Assembly: GCA_963920595.1 (NCBI GenBank)
Contig: OY986946.1
Location: 2,852,001-2,916,000 of the forward strand
Reading direction: 5' to 3'
Source of the DNA: Eimeria praecox
Lineage: Eukaryota
Length of the DNA: 64,000 bases
A program made the translations under genes and the position numbers. Under the pieces are notes generated by a model. It saw only the letters and a program-made list of their open reading frames with translations, searched no databases and was not told the origin of the DNA. Positions 10,755 to 25,340 of this stretch are shown piece by piece. The first letter of the stretch is position 1; every line of letters begins with the position of its first letter.

Positions 10755-13700
10755 TGTGGTTCGAGGTTCGGCGCCCTGGCAATATGACCGGTGGACGCCT
10801 CTTGCTTTGGTGGTGCTGGATGTCGGGATGACAGCAGCACGCTTGAATGATTGTTCTCCTGGTGAATTCTGTTTCTAGTGGCATGTAGAGGGAGGAGGAG
10901 GAGACTTCCGCTGACAAGAGTGTCATCATATGTCTAAGGAAGGCGGGTGGTCCTCTTCCTGCCATCGGCCGGTTGGTCATGGCCTGTGAGCAGAGTCCGC
11001 TTGCTGCGGCAGTTAACATCCCCGCCCCTTCCATCTTGTAAAGACGAGCCTCCTAGATCGGAAGGGCTCCCCTTTAGGTCCTCCTGGATGTTGACTAACG
11101 TCTGCTGCGTTTCACGGTGCGACAGCAACATTTTGAACTTGGGCTTTGCCACGGGCTGCGAGTCTATTCTACACACAAGGCCTCTTGACAAGTTGTGTTT
11201 CTTTTCTGCTTACCATTGGCGTCTGCGACGGGATGAAAGGTGATTGGGGACGGGGCGACTCCGCAGGATCGCCAGCATCAACGTGCACACCTCCTGCACA
11301 CTCTGTGATTCCTGGTGAACAGGGCTCCGTCATCCAGGATGCCTGGAGCAGCCTGACAACGCCTGAATTTGTTTTAAGCCCCTCAATATCGGGGGCAAGT
11401 TAGGCATTTAGTACCTGCATGGTCGCCGCAACCAACGGCCTGAGATTGCCACGTGAATTTCAAGGCAGCTGCTTTGTGTTTAATTTGGCACACCATATTG
11501 TCTGCAGAGAGTTGCAGAACTTCCACATTTTCTCCGCAGAGACGTGAGGGGACGCTCCCTACATACTGGCCATCCTCCATTGAAAAGAAGAGGAGGCTGG
11601 TTTCTCCTGGGCTCCGGAGGCCTCTTTTCGTGGGTTCATTCAACCGGTCCCCAACAGGTTCGGGAGAGTCGAAACTTTTGGGCGTTCCTCTACCCAGTTG
11701 CTTAGCAGGGTGAAGCTCCAGTGCACTCACAAATGCCACCTCGGAGCTGCCTGAGATAATAAGCATGACTAGCATCTTTAGCTAGTGGAGAGAATTGTAT
11801 GTGCTGCGGCTCTGTTTACATTGGATAAATGTCTCTCTGTTTCCTGAAACACAATGAACAGAGCACTCTAGAATAAGAATAAGAGACAAATTATACGTAC
11901 TGTGTGATAGATGCGATGGGCACACAACTAACAGGTTTGCACCAACGCACTGCTGGCACAAACCTGCCTCACGAAGACCTGGGAAAGAAGCCTGAATAGT
12001 AAGCAATTATTTTTAAACACGAGCTGTTTACCATTTATCTGAATTCTGTGCAGCGTGTCGAGTTTATTGCTCTGGAGAATCCAAAATTGAACGACATCAG
12101 TGGATATGGTAAAAAATCTCCTGGCTCTCTGCGCGCGTTCGAAACCTTCCTTGCATGGAAAGAGATGCAAATAACGAACCCGGTCCAAATATTTCTTCCC
12201 CATGACTCTCTCTGGCGCCTGCATTCCTCAATTGAGAAGCTGAATGTACGCTGCTTGAACAACTGCGCACCTCGAAAAAAACAAAGCCAACGGGTGAAAA
12301 GGAGTCACGCGTATGCGGGACCTTCATGCTTGCTCCTTCTTCCAGGAGGTCTATGACTCGCAGGCTTGCTGGACATATATAAAGTACACGGAGCACACCG
12401 AGGTCTGGCTCTGTTGCTAAGTGTGAACAAAAGAACTGGAGCTGACCGCGGTCTTGCTTAAACAGAAGCTTCGACACCAGGAGCCTGTCACAGCAATACA
12501 ACGCAGGTCTCTAAGCACATTTTGCGGTGATTACATACTCTAGAAATTCCACGCGTCTGTATTGGTCAATTGGGATATCTATTTCCGCCTGATGAAGACA
12601 TAAGCAGTCATATGTATCTTTTTATTTTTAAAATGCTGGCCAAGCTGCTGCTTCACCACACGTCTTCCGTCTTCTACGTCAAACACGGATGCGGAGAAGC
12701 ACCTCGCGCTTGTTGGCTTGAACAGTGCAGCGAGTCCATGCGAAATTCTTCACCGGCGGTGTGTAATTATTGCAGATTTGCTTTGATTGTGCGCATTTTC
12801 AGTACCTGACTTCTAATCAAAAGAAATAGGGCATTTAAGTCCCCGTCATAGCGCAATTAGGACTTGCCTTCAAACTCCTCTCCGTGGACAGCAAATACAA
12901 GCTTAAATTTGGTGTGATTCTGAGAAAGCAAGCAATCACTAAATATTCTCTTTTCACTCATGAAGCAACAGACATACCCAAAACTGAAAGGATTGGACGT
13001 CGCCTTGCTGTGCTGCCAGAATGACTCCATTTGCCTCTGTTATTGCAGCAATCTCTGTACTGTAGTTGAAAGATCGATATCAAAGGCCAAAGCACTATTA
13101 CCGTCAAACTCGAAGAACGCGGGGTGGGATAGGACGACATTCGCTTCAGTGCCGGGTAAATCAAAGCCTGATCCCCATCCCCCCCATGACATCATATTTC
13201 GTACCGAAGTCAGAAGCTATAGCTGGAGCTCTCAGTTGTCCTTGTTCCAGAGCCTATTGGAGCAACTGTTGTGATATGTAGTTGTTTCACGCTGTATAGA
13301 GACTGGCGTACAGAGGCAATAAAGATTTGGCACTGTAAGCCGCCAGGATTCGGCTCGAAGACAACGGCAACTGTGTCATTGCTTGAGTGATATATCGCTG
13401 TAGTGACCTCTGCCCCGCAATTTTGATAAGATGTATTAGTTCAGCCACCGGTGATGCAAGCTTGGGCTCATCTTACTTTTCCACGGAGCTGCTGGGTTGA
13501 GATCTGCTAGAAACCGCGTTGTTTCCTGCAAATGTACCGGCATTATGTGTTATGTTCGTGCAACAGAAGCTGAGGTTCCGAGGGATTATTCAAGTAATAA
13601 GCACCGTATCATAAGCCCGACAGATGCCGCCTTCAGTGCTGCACAGGCCAATTTCGTGAGTTTGTTTCTGTCTACACAAAAGAATTGTTCCTTCCTTACA

Positions 13701-14643
13701 CAATAACCGCACATCTGGCGGCGAAGATTATCTCTTTAATCTTCCTGCATGCAGCTTATTGTAGAGCGAGAAAAGGCATCTGCCACGGATGAGGGTAACC
13801 TACCTGACACCGAGAAGTGCCGACGCCGGCAGCGGCTGTTCAAAAAGGTCAATAGTTTTGACCTATAATGTTGCATTTAAAGAAAAGTGGCACAACAAAA
13901 CGATATTTCATGTAGTAGTATTGCTGATCTCACTACATTTAGCCTGGAAACAATTGTCCTCTCTTGAGCCTTCCCTCGCTTCTGTTCCACCACCTTGGAG
14001 CGGGGCAAAGCGATGCCGTGCCTTCTTTGTGAAAGAATATGCCGCAGCATTGTCAAATAAATGTTTTGGGTTGCAGTTTGAAAAATTCAGAAAAGTCGAA
14101 TTTTAAAAGATTAGTAGAAGGCCGAAGTGGCCATTTCAGCAAAAACCGCAAAAAAAAAGAAATCGAGGGAAATTCCAGAAAAAAAGAGTCAACACATATT
14201 GCAGAGAGAATTCGAAAGAAGGAGAAAAAATGAAAGTGACGAAGATCTGCATACATGATCACTCCGCGGTGTACATACCTCGACGAGTTCCCTGTACACC
14301 CCACGCTAAATTGAGCCATCATCCCCCATGGTTTCTGACCGACTCGTGGGCTTCTGCCGCTCGAAAGTGGGCGTTTCCGCTTCCTAATAAACTGTCATGC
14401 TCAATAATTCTTCCACATTTCGAATTAATTGACACTTTCATGCCTGAACTGGAGAGTTCAAAGGCAACGGGATGGTGCTTCGTTAAGGTTGCGCCTTTGA
14501 CGGCAGTTCAACTTCCAGAATCCACAGAGGCAGTCTTCTCACAGGTCGAGAAGGATTGCATTATATTTGCAGATTATACCATAACTGCCAGCCCCCGACA
14601 CACACCAGCTTTGCAGAGCTTCCATATATGAAGCAACCGTAAT

Positions 14644-16833
14644 CTATCGGCGGCGTGTCAGTAAATTCGTCACAAACCGAACAACCGCCCGTGCAAAAGC
14701 ACGTAAAGCAGAAATTTTGATGAGCGTCCATGCCATTTTTGCATATTCACGAGCTATCAAAAGGACCTGCTGCAACGGGCTAGCAAGCTCCGTCGTATAT
14801 CTGTTTGTCGTTCTGTTTTCTGGAGGCCTGTGCATCCATTCACTAGAAGAGCCGGAAGTCTGGTGCGATCGGAAATCACTTCTCGTACCCCTGGGGATGT
14901 CAGAACCTGAAAAGGCGATCGCGCATTAAACACAGATGAAAATGTTGTGAGTCACTTCCAGCAGCTCACACAAATACACCGCACACAGGAGTAGCTTCCT
15001 TGCGGTGTCTGCGTACATCCATATGCGAGTCCACCGCCAAGCGTGGAGACGGCTTGAAGTAAATATTATGTATCAGAGAAACCTTAAAGAGCTGTGCATG
15101 CAGCGATCACCATACTAGCTGAAATATGTTGCCGTTTATACAACATATATATGCTATGCTAACGCACCTGTATCTCGCCCAACATCACGTTCGGTTGTTT
15201 CTGTTTGAATGCCTCCTCCTGGGAAGCGTCGTGTTGTTGTTCTTCTCTCGATTATTCTTCCTCCCCGTTTGAAATAGCTGACTTGGGTGCCGACTTCCGG
15301 TCCTGATCCTTCGCCAGACAGCACAACAAAAGGAGCAGCAAAACCGCATTATAATAGATTTCTACACACGAGTCCCTGAATGAAGCTACAAGAAGATGCA
15401 GCGAAAAACACCTGTAGCCCGTCAACTGATGTCGCTAGATGTGCAGCTCCTGCTTTCTGATGTGTTTGAGCATACCCGTGAGGCCTCTCAGAATTTCAAA
15501 GATTTCATGATCATCCAGGAAGCTCGTAGACGGTCGGGATCTCCTTCTATGTTCAAACATATCATGCCCCTCAAACGGCATTCCCCTTGACCAACGAGAA
15601 GCTGCTTGTTGGTGAAGAGCCTGCTGCAAGATCTCCTCCAATGAGATACCGCCAAACGCGCGTCGAAACAACCGCTCCGCTTCTTCCGGTGTCAGATTTC
15701 CAAAGTGGAAACCCCCTGAAGGTCGTACATAATGTGCATATATATAATATATATACATATATACATGTATATATATTTATATTTATGCATGTATATACAT
15801 ATTTATTTACTTATTTATGTATATTTATATTGGAATGCTGTGTCTAGGTCGTGATAAGGAGGCGCTCGGTTGGATGCAGCTGGTTTCAGCTGAAAGATCC
15901 TTCAGGCGAAGATCTGCTTACCACTTTCAGAAGACTGCGCCCTTGAAGCAAAAGGATCGGCGTAGCCAGAGTATCCGCCTGTTTGGCGGGATGAAGCGCC
16001 GTCAAGGGATGCATCGTACTGTGCTCGTTTCGCGGGGTCTGACAACGTTTGATAGGCCTCACTTGCATCACGAAATCTTCTTCCTGCTTCTTCTCTGTTG
16101 TTAGGGTTTCTGAAAAAATATGCAAGAACAAACGAAACAGTCAAATTCTGCAGTAACAGTGACAATGTACACGACGGCATGACGAAGTAGCAGCAGATCA
16201 GCAGAAAGGTGAAGTGAAGATGTATTACCTATCAGGATGCCACTTGAGTGCTGTCTGTCTATACGCCTTCTTCACTTCATCTTGAGTGGCATTTCTCTTG
16301 ACGCCCAAAATGCCGTAGTAATCCGGCATTGAGGAGGCCGTCGTGAAGGAACGGACAGACGAAGAAACAATTCCTAGCGGGATGTTGTTGATACGGCCTG
16401 TGCCGGTGTTGGGCAGCGAATTGCTACGGAATATCTCCAGTGTATGTTGTAGGCTTTGTCCCGCAAATACAGACGACGAGAAAAATGCGGGTGTATACCT
16501 CCATTTGATGGAACCCCTCCTCCTCCAATGCAGCTCTCCAGGACTCTGAACAGCTGCTGCCCGATGCGATCGCTGAGTAGCTGCATGCGATACTGCATCG
16601 AGAGAAAGAGGAGAGTCTGTGGGAGAGAAGCCCGACTCCTTCAGTCGAGCTAATAGCGGGAAAGGAGGTGTTTGCTGATCAGGATCAGAGGGCAGCTGCC
16701 ATCCCCCTATCCTGGCACTGCTGTAGGAAGCAGCACACCGTAGAGCGGCATTCTGTCCTATTCGGCTGTACTGTGACAGTACAGGCGAAACAAAGACAGA
16801 CCATAGGGAACGTGCGGTCGACACTGAATTCAT
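14644..16833 (-). CDS. DnaJ/Hsp40 J-domain protein with a long N-terminal extension (possible organellar transit peptide)
   Basis: In-phase exons 16833-16229, 16109-15922, 15715-15476, ~15308-15168 and 14906-14644. J-domain [65 protein letters not shown] with intact HPD, followed by a G/F-rich segment. Confidence 0.9.
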
Positions 16834-18615
16834 TGTTGTACGTATTTTCTGTTGCAGATCAGCAGCCAACGGGGGCTTCCTTGCTTCCTTGCATGCACTG
16901 CTTCAGGCTTGTCGACCCCCGCAGCGCAACTCAGACGCAGAAGGGGCCTTCGGCCGAATATTCTGTGGCTTCTGCATTTGTCGGTTTCATCAGAGGCGAA
17001 ACAGACGCACAGGTTCCATAGAAAGCCGCCGAGGCCTGCCGACAAGACCGAGTCTGATCTGAGGGATCCTGAGCGCCAGGCGTTCAATTATTACTTTACG
17101 AACAAATATAAAACATCAGAAAAACTGTATATGCGGAATCTGTGGAGCAGCTGCTACTTCCTTGACCCGCCACGCACTGCTGGAAGTGTCGCTGCGATGC
17201 CTGGCGAACAGGAAACGTAGGGATCAACAAACAGCAGGAAGGAATAACTTTTCGAATAGATGTATTGTGCTAGTAGTAATGAAAACACAAATATATGTAC
17301 AATTCTGTGTTTGAATTGTCTTATTTCGTATATTATGTGTAACTTGCGGAAGCCCCGACCGCCGCTACCGACACCACAGCGGCTTATCTGCATGCTCTAT
17401 AACAGTAGTTTTATGTATATTTAAATCTTCTCGGGTTAATTTCATGCAATTATAACTTCGGTTATAGTTAGAATCCGAGGTCCAGAAGTATATATAACAC
17501 TGCTTTCCCGTATCCATGCCGAGTTTGAACGCCACCTCTACGGCTGACACGACATTTAGTATATCCATATATATATTCAGGAGGGGGGGAGAAGGAGATA
17601 ATTCAGAAAATGAGGAACAGAGCAACGCAAAAAAAACTGAGGAGGGCCAAACTTCTAATCTAAACGTAGTGGCGCTACGTTCCCAGCATGCAACCAACTG
17701 ATAGGAGTTAAGACGGTGGGATAATGGTGTGAGGCTGTTTGACTATTTTTTTAATCTTATTTGTACATTATAATAATCAATCATGAACTGTGAATCTTCT
17801 TGATTTTGTTGTTTAAACAACAAATTCAAAAAGATTCAGCTAGCGCTCGAGAGGCATTTGCTCTCTGCGGCAACAAATAAATGCAAGATCAAACAATCTT
17901 CGATCTTTCCAAATGCTGCTGTAGATAGACGAATTTATTTATATCTTCGTTGTTCAACTTCAATCCTAACATTAATTATTATTAACAAATTCAGGTATAT
18001 GAAGTTGTTATGAGCCGTCTCCTATCCTACCTACCCAAACCCCAGCCCTTCCTGTTTTCCTGTTATCACACACATAGATAAATGTTTGTTGATGGTTTAG
18101 GGTGTATATGAGATAAGAATTGCTGCTGGCAATATATACTAAGTTTTAGTTTTTTGATTATTTTGTTTAAACATGATGAGACAGAGAAGAAACAGAATCA
18201 TTCACAGACACACTCGATTTTCTTTTTATCTGTTTGTTAGCCCCACTGTATCAGCGGGAAGAGTTTGTAATTTCTTGAAAATATTGTATTTTATATTCAT
18301 TATAAGAAGGTTGATGAGAGCTGTCAAGACACCCCAACATAGATTTCTTCCTCTTTGTAGTGTCTGTGTAGCCCATAGTATATCTACATTATTATTCTTA
18401 GACGCACGTGTTCATTATCTGCAGACTTGTTGCCCCATCTTTAATTTATATTGTAGCCACAACAGCAAACAAGTCATAGAGAATATCTCTCTAAACCGCT
18501 GCAGCTATATGCAGTTTCAGGTGTACGTACAGTACGTTTGAGGCCTAAGATAGTTTTTATTATATTATTCTATTTATTCTAAACGAGACTTATAACTAAT
18601 TCAGAGAAGTTAGTG

Positions 18616-18651
<36 letters not shown>

Positions 18652-18867
18652 AGTATTTGAGTTTGTTTATAGCAGAATCATTCTTAGGAGAGGCTGCAGC
18701 TTCAGTCTTAAGGAGATGCCTGCGTGAACTCTAATAACAAATCATTATTACTCAAACAGCTTCTATTGATGTGCTGATTACTATGGTGTATATACACTGC
18801 AATACAGGCCCAGCAGCAGCAGCAGCAGCAGCCGCTTGAAGGGCTCTCTCTCTCTCTCTCAAGCAAT

Positions 18868-18948
<81 letters not shown>

Positions 18949-19052
18949 CTTAGAATGAGTATACTAAATCCATTCTTTCTTATGCCAGTCAAACCAAAAA
19001 AACGAAGAAAAAGCAGAAAAAACGAAGAAATATATTTTTATTAATTTTGCTA

Positions 19053-19231
19053 TTATACTAAATTTTCAATAACTGCAGCAGCCCCCATTCCTGTTCCTAT
19101 GCACATCGAAACAACTCCAAATCTTCCTTTTCTTCTTCTCAACTCAGGCAACAATGTTGCAACTTGACGAGCCCCTGTACACCCCAGAGGATGGCCTAAG
19201 GCAATCGCTCCTCCTGTTAAGAAACAAAACA

Positions 19232-19319
<88 letters not shown>

Positions 19320-19341
19320 CGGGAGAGGGAAAGATGTAGGT

Positions 19342-19380
<39 letters not shown>

Positions 19381-19697
19381 TGGTTTGTGTCTCTTCTTGA
19401 TTCTTTGGTTTCTAGGAGAGACAGAACTTGTCTACGAAGAAATTGTTTTGGCTGAATGAACTCGAGGAGAAGTGACTCAGGATGAGAAGAAGGTCGTGGG
19501 GTGTATAGACAGTGAAGGAGGAGACAACAAGCAGGTTTATCTGTGTGTGTGTCTGTCCTCTCTCAGCCTACCATTGGGGTTTAATTTATCTTGAGGGATA
19601 TTTAGAGTTTTCATACAATATACAACCTGAGAAGCAAATGCTTCGTTCACCTCAAAGACAGAAACGTCTTGCATACTAATCCCGGCCTTCTCTGCAG

Positions 19698-19791
<94 letters not shown>

Positions 19792-21141
19792 ATTTATAAA
19801 CTCCCACAATAATCTAATAATTACAATAAAACATTTCTAGATGAATAAACTTAGTATTATTTTTTCTATTAATACCGATCATAGTAATTGTTTTAAGTAT
19901 AAACATCTCTGAAGGATTATCTAAATAGAAAAGAAAATATTATAATAAATAATATAGTAAAGAAAGAATTAATAAAGAGACGAAATAAAATAGTATTAAC
20001 AATATTAAAGTAGTATACAAGATCAATATTAATATATAATCTAAATCCAAAGAAAGCAACAAATAAATGAAATATCTAAACAAATATATTTTCTTCTATT
20101 TGAGGTAATATATAATTGTTTTTTTTTCTGTAATCCGAAAAGATATATCTTTTTATTATTTTTTGATTTTCAAAGTATATTTATTTATTTAGTATATTTA
20201 TTTATTTAGTATATTAATGTATTAATTTATTTATCTTTCTCTCTCTTCTCTCTTCCTTACCGAGAGCCTTCGGTATAGCGACGACTGGACCGACGCCCAT
20301 CACCTCAGGATGTACTCCAGCAACAGCAAAAGAAACAAAACGCGATAAAATTGGGAGATGATGTTTAATTGCTGCAGATCTTCTTGCTAGCAAAATGAGA
20401 GCAGCGCCATCAGTTACTTGACTGCTATTGCCTGTGGTGTACATACACCTCAAAAAAAATTTTTTTTTTTGATAAAGAGGTGTGATCGTCGGCACGAAGA
20501 ACAGCTTCTTCTGTATAATAAAAATAAAGAAATAACTATTTAATATATATATATATATATTAATTCATACCTGCTGTTGTTGTTCCTTGCTTATCAAATG
20601 CAGGCTTCAAACGCCTCAAAACCTCCATCGTCGTTCCTTCTCTAATGCCGTCATCATGTTCAACAGTTATGACTATTTCATTACCGTTTGCATTCTTTCC
20701 CTATAAAACAATCATTAAAAACATTTTAAACAAAACAATTTTAGTATTTATTCGCCTGATCGTTCGTTTGATTTCAAATATATTTTCAGAATTGTTAGAT
20801 TTCATGTTTGTTGGTTGTTGCCTTTGCGGTGTATGTACAGCTTTATTCTATGATTTTTCACAATTAAAAACATTTGAAGGACTCCATCACCTTCACTGTG
20901 ACAGGTACAATTTCTTCTTTGAAATAACCCGCAGCCTGAGCCGCCAAGGCCTTTGCATGCGACGCAACAGCAAAAGCATCTTGCTCCTCTCGAGTTACAC
21001 CGAAGCGTTTCGCCAGGATCTAACAGGAAACAGAAAAAAACCAACAAATTGTTCTTCATTTACCCCCGTATAACTACCCCACTCCCATATCTATATCTAT
21101 ATCTATATCTATCTATCTATCTATCTATCTATATATCTATA

Positions 21142-21218
<77 letters not shown>

Positions 21219-21508
21219 GTGTAGATAGATGAATAGATATATAGGTAGATATAGACGGAAAGGAAAGCCGACACAGCAGCAATTTCAGGTGTACAGACAC
21301 ATCATATCTTCCCCTCACATCTGATGTTGTGCCCATGGGTAGAAGACAGTTTCTAGCAACTTCATTTTCAAATACTTCGTCAGATATCTTCTCGGGGTTT
21401 AACGCTGAAGTCATTTCAAAGTGCGTCATCGACTCCACCCCTCCAGCAACTCCAACGTCTATGTTCCCTGCTGCTATGGAACCTGAACAAAGAAAAAGAA
21501 AGGGGGAG

Positions 21509-21584
<76 letters not shown>

Positions 21585-21636
21585 GATAGATAGATAGATA
21601 GATAGATACAGATATATAGAGATATCTATATATAGA

Positions 21637-21708
<72 letters not shown>

Positions 21709-22243
21709 GATATATAGATATCTTTCTCTCTCTGTGTGTGTGTGGGTGACAGTTTGTATGAAACTGTAGGTGAGTTTGATTTGTTTGGCTTTGTGTTGTT
21801 GTTTCTGTTCTTGCTGTACCTGCGATTGCTGCTATTGCTTGCAAGCCGCTGCTGCATTGTCTGTTGACTGTATGTACAGTCGAGGTGATAGGAAGTCCGC
21901 CTAATAAACCTGCGATTCGAGTTCCTAGCGCTCCTGCTCCTGGCTGCAATACATTGCCTGTACATTAGAGAGAGAGAAAATAAAAAATAAAATACAGGAA
22001 ATACATACATCTAGATGATTTACTAGCTTCATTTCAAGTGTATGCACAGACACCCCAAACATCACAACCTACCAATACAAACATCTTCAATTAGACTTGG
22101 GTTTATCTTCGTCCTTCGCACTAACTCCTTAAACAACACACTCAATAACGTCTCAGGATATTCATTTTTAAGCCCTGAAGCATACATACATACATGCATA
22201 CACACAATATCTATATCTATATATAGCTGCATCTCTCTCTCTT

Positions 22244-22290
<47 letters not shown>

Positions 22291-22819
22291 TCAGAGAGAG
22301 AGGGAGAGAGAGAGCTGCCACCCAGGGTTTATGTGTTGTTTAATACTTAGTGTGTCTATGGCTGTTTTGTGGGTTTGTCGATATAATGAGAGGAGAGAAT
22401 TGTTATGTTTGTTATGTTCTGGTAATCAAACAAAGAAGAATATAAAAAAAACACGAAGAGGCAACACTGCGCCTACCGCCTCGCTTCGCCTTCGTTAAGG
22501 GCGTGCGTATAGCACAGCAGATGACGACATCATCTGGTGATCCTGATGATCTGCAGCAGAGGAGAGGAAAGAAGATATTATATCGATTGTGATTATACAA
22601 TGTATTAAAAAATATAAAAAGAAAAAAAGAAAGAGAGAGGGGAGACGAAACATACATATGAAAGATATAAAAATACTTGCTTGGGTTTACGCGAGTTTCT
22701 GTGTGCATACACTCGGGTGTACATACACCTCAGGAGAAGTTGAGTATCTGAAAATTTCTTTCGCTTACTCACTTCAGAGCTTGTGAAACTTGATTTGAAA
22801 TCGCCTGTAGCCGATGCAT
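19053..22819 (-). CDS. 3-ketoacyl-CoA thiolase (acetyl-CoA C-acyltransferase), degradative/peroxisomal type
   Basis: In-phase exons 22819-22773, 22550-22477, 22174-22073, 21957-21820, 21482-21319, 21019-20891, 20700-20571, 20431-20261, 19691-19572 and 19213-19053. Motifs: [31 protein letters not shown] (catalytic Cys), [58 protein letters not shown]. Confidence 0.96.
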
Positions 22820-24048
22820 CGTTGTGCTGTGTGTGTGTGTGTGTGGGTGTGTGTGTGTGTGTGGTGTCAGGCCCTCTAGAATACAGAATTTTCTTGATTT
22901 TACCAATGTTTTAGTGATAATTTATAATTTAATTCAATTATTTCTGCTTTTGATGCTGATCCTGGATGCAACGCCCGCCGCCGCCAGGGTGTAGACTGGA
23001 AAGCCGAAACTGCCCGAACAGAGCTGCACACGACCGGCAGCGTGTTTCAGGCAGAAAATTACATAAAATTCACAGAATATATCATCTAAATTCAATTTAT
23101 TATCAAATAATTCAACAAAAAAAGTATATAAAAGAAAGAAATGTAGACAAGGGTATATATATGGCAGGACCAACGACCCCCCGCTGCTCGGGCTGACGCT
23201 CCGTAGTAGTGGTCCGTCGGGTGTATCGACAGCACAACGAAATAAAACCTTAGAGTTATTTTTTGTTATTTTTGATTTATTTACATTATATTTCGAGCAT
23301 ATATATCTTAAACTTGTTAAGAAACAGAACAGCAGACTCCCCCCCTCTCCGTCCGGCTGTGAATCTGTAGGCGAAACCGATGAGTCAACAGTTCAACATG
23401 TTTTGAAAGATTATGAAGAAAGTAAAATATTTAACATGTATCAATAATTCACAAGAAATACATTTTATTAGTTTTAAGATATTTAAATATACTTTCAACA
23501 TGAAGAAAGATATAGATAAATCGCCTCTTCATAGCTTTCTCCATAGATTCAAGTACAATATCATCTTCGCTGTTTGTTGTAATTGTTTACAATAAATTTC
23601 GAAGACAGTCACATTTCGTTCTAAATGCCTATTCTGCTGCCTTCGTAGGGGTTCGAACACCGCCACCTTACTATTATTAATACTATTATTATTATTATTA
23701 TTAATTATTACTATTATTATTATTATTATTATTGTTAGAGGCTCAACAGAGTCAGCAGCCAGCAGCAGCATTACTTTTCAAACGCCTCCGTATCCGTATA
23801 TTTCTTCATCTTATTTGTTACTACAGATCAAGAGCTATATTAAACATAGCCCCGAATATCTCGTGTGTCTGTGCTTCTCATTTACTATTTATTATTATAC
23901 TGTTTGAAGCGTCAACAGACAAACTACTTCGTCTAACGTACTTACACAGCAGCAACATACTTAACTGGCAGAATCGTTTGTTAGATTTACGAGGTTTAAG
24001 TACAGACAGTTACCATGCAACAATAGCACTGTGTTTGTTCTTCTTAAG

Positions 24049-24115
<67 letters not shown>

Positions 24116-24509
24116 TTTGCCTACAAAGGATAGAAACACAGCTAAATTGCAGCAATAAACTGTTTTCAGTGCCTCCTGTTCAAACTACTCAACAACAACT
24201 TCAGGCCATTCCTCCATAGAAAGCTGAACAGGAGGCGTCAGCCTCTACGAAGAAGCTGATATAATAGTGTTATTATATTATATTAAATTAAATTAATTTA
24301 TATTAATTTATATTATATATTTAATGAAGGAGGAGGAACCTTCATACAATAAATATGCTCTTTGAGCTGCTGCTCGACAAACTCCTTTCAGTCTGTCTTC
24401 TCTATCTACAATATCTACGAATGTAAACATAGCCTCCCATTGTCTGCAACTGCTGCAACAAGCAAATACACCTTGCTTCTGCTGCTTCTTCTGTTGCTGC
24501 TGCTGCTGC

Positions 24510-24559
<50 letters not shown>

Positions 24560-24673
24560 CTGCTGCTCTTCCTTCAGCAGCAATTTAAAACACAGAAAAT
24601 AACCGCATCTTCCTGTCTACTGTGATCTGGTGAGATGATGATTCAGCTGCAGTTATATCTGTGTCTAAGCAGA

Positions 24674-24723
<50 letters not shown>

Positions 24724-25037
24724 TATATATAATATATATATTATATATAATATATAATATATATAATATATATAATATATATATATAATATCAAAATATA
24801 TAATCGGTAGTAAAAATAGCGAAGAGAAGAGCGCACACAAAGACTACTTAATCGTCTCCTCCAAAGTCTGTCGAGACAAAAATATTTAAACTTGTCTCAA
24901 TCAGATATTTTTAGGGTTTTGTTGACCTGAGAGGCAGACATATGCAGCTGTTTCCTGCATAGGCATCGCCTAGCCGGCCTCACTTAACCCTCTTCCAATA
25001 TTAAAAACAGATGTTGAGAAGTAGGTGAAATTACGGG

Positions 25038-25090
<53 letters not shown>

Positions 25091-25106
25091 TGAGCTAGCT
25101 GCTCAG

Positions 25107-25158
<52 letters not shown>

Positions 25159-25340
25159 GATATTCTTTGTATACAAGAGAGGCTACAAGATTGGTGAGGT
25201 AGAACGCTGTGCAGGAATGGTTTTAACAGACCTATGATCTGCTGCTACAGATTCAACCCTCTTCCCCCTCTTTCTCTTTCTCTTTATTATTATTATTATT
25301 ATTATATTATTATTATTATTATTTATATTAACGAGCATAT

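Noticed and set aside
16834..16869. ORF-track start (TTG, MAADLQQK) for the DnaJ gene
   Set aside because: Eukaryotic gene; the first in-frame ATG is at 16833.
22730..22747. Possible extra thiolase micro-exon
   Set aside because: It would need a ~25-nt intron; exon 1 already splices in frame to 22550.
23648..23665. B-box-like GGTTCGAAC
   Set aside because: No A-box, cloverleaf or T-run terminator nearby.
23510..25000. Scattered non-repetitive islands and a poly-Q ORF (24308-24583) suggesting a small gene
   Set aside because: I could not assemble a stop-free, phase-consistent model on either strand; it may be UTR or non-coding transcript.
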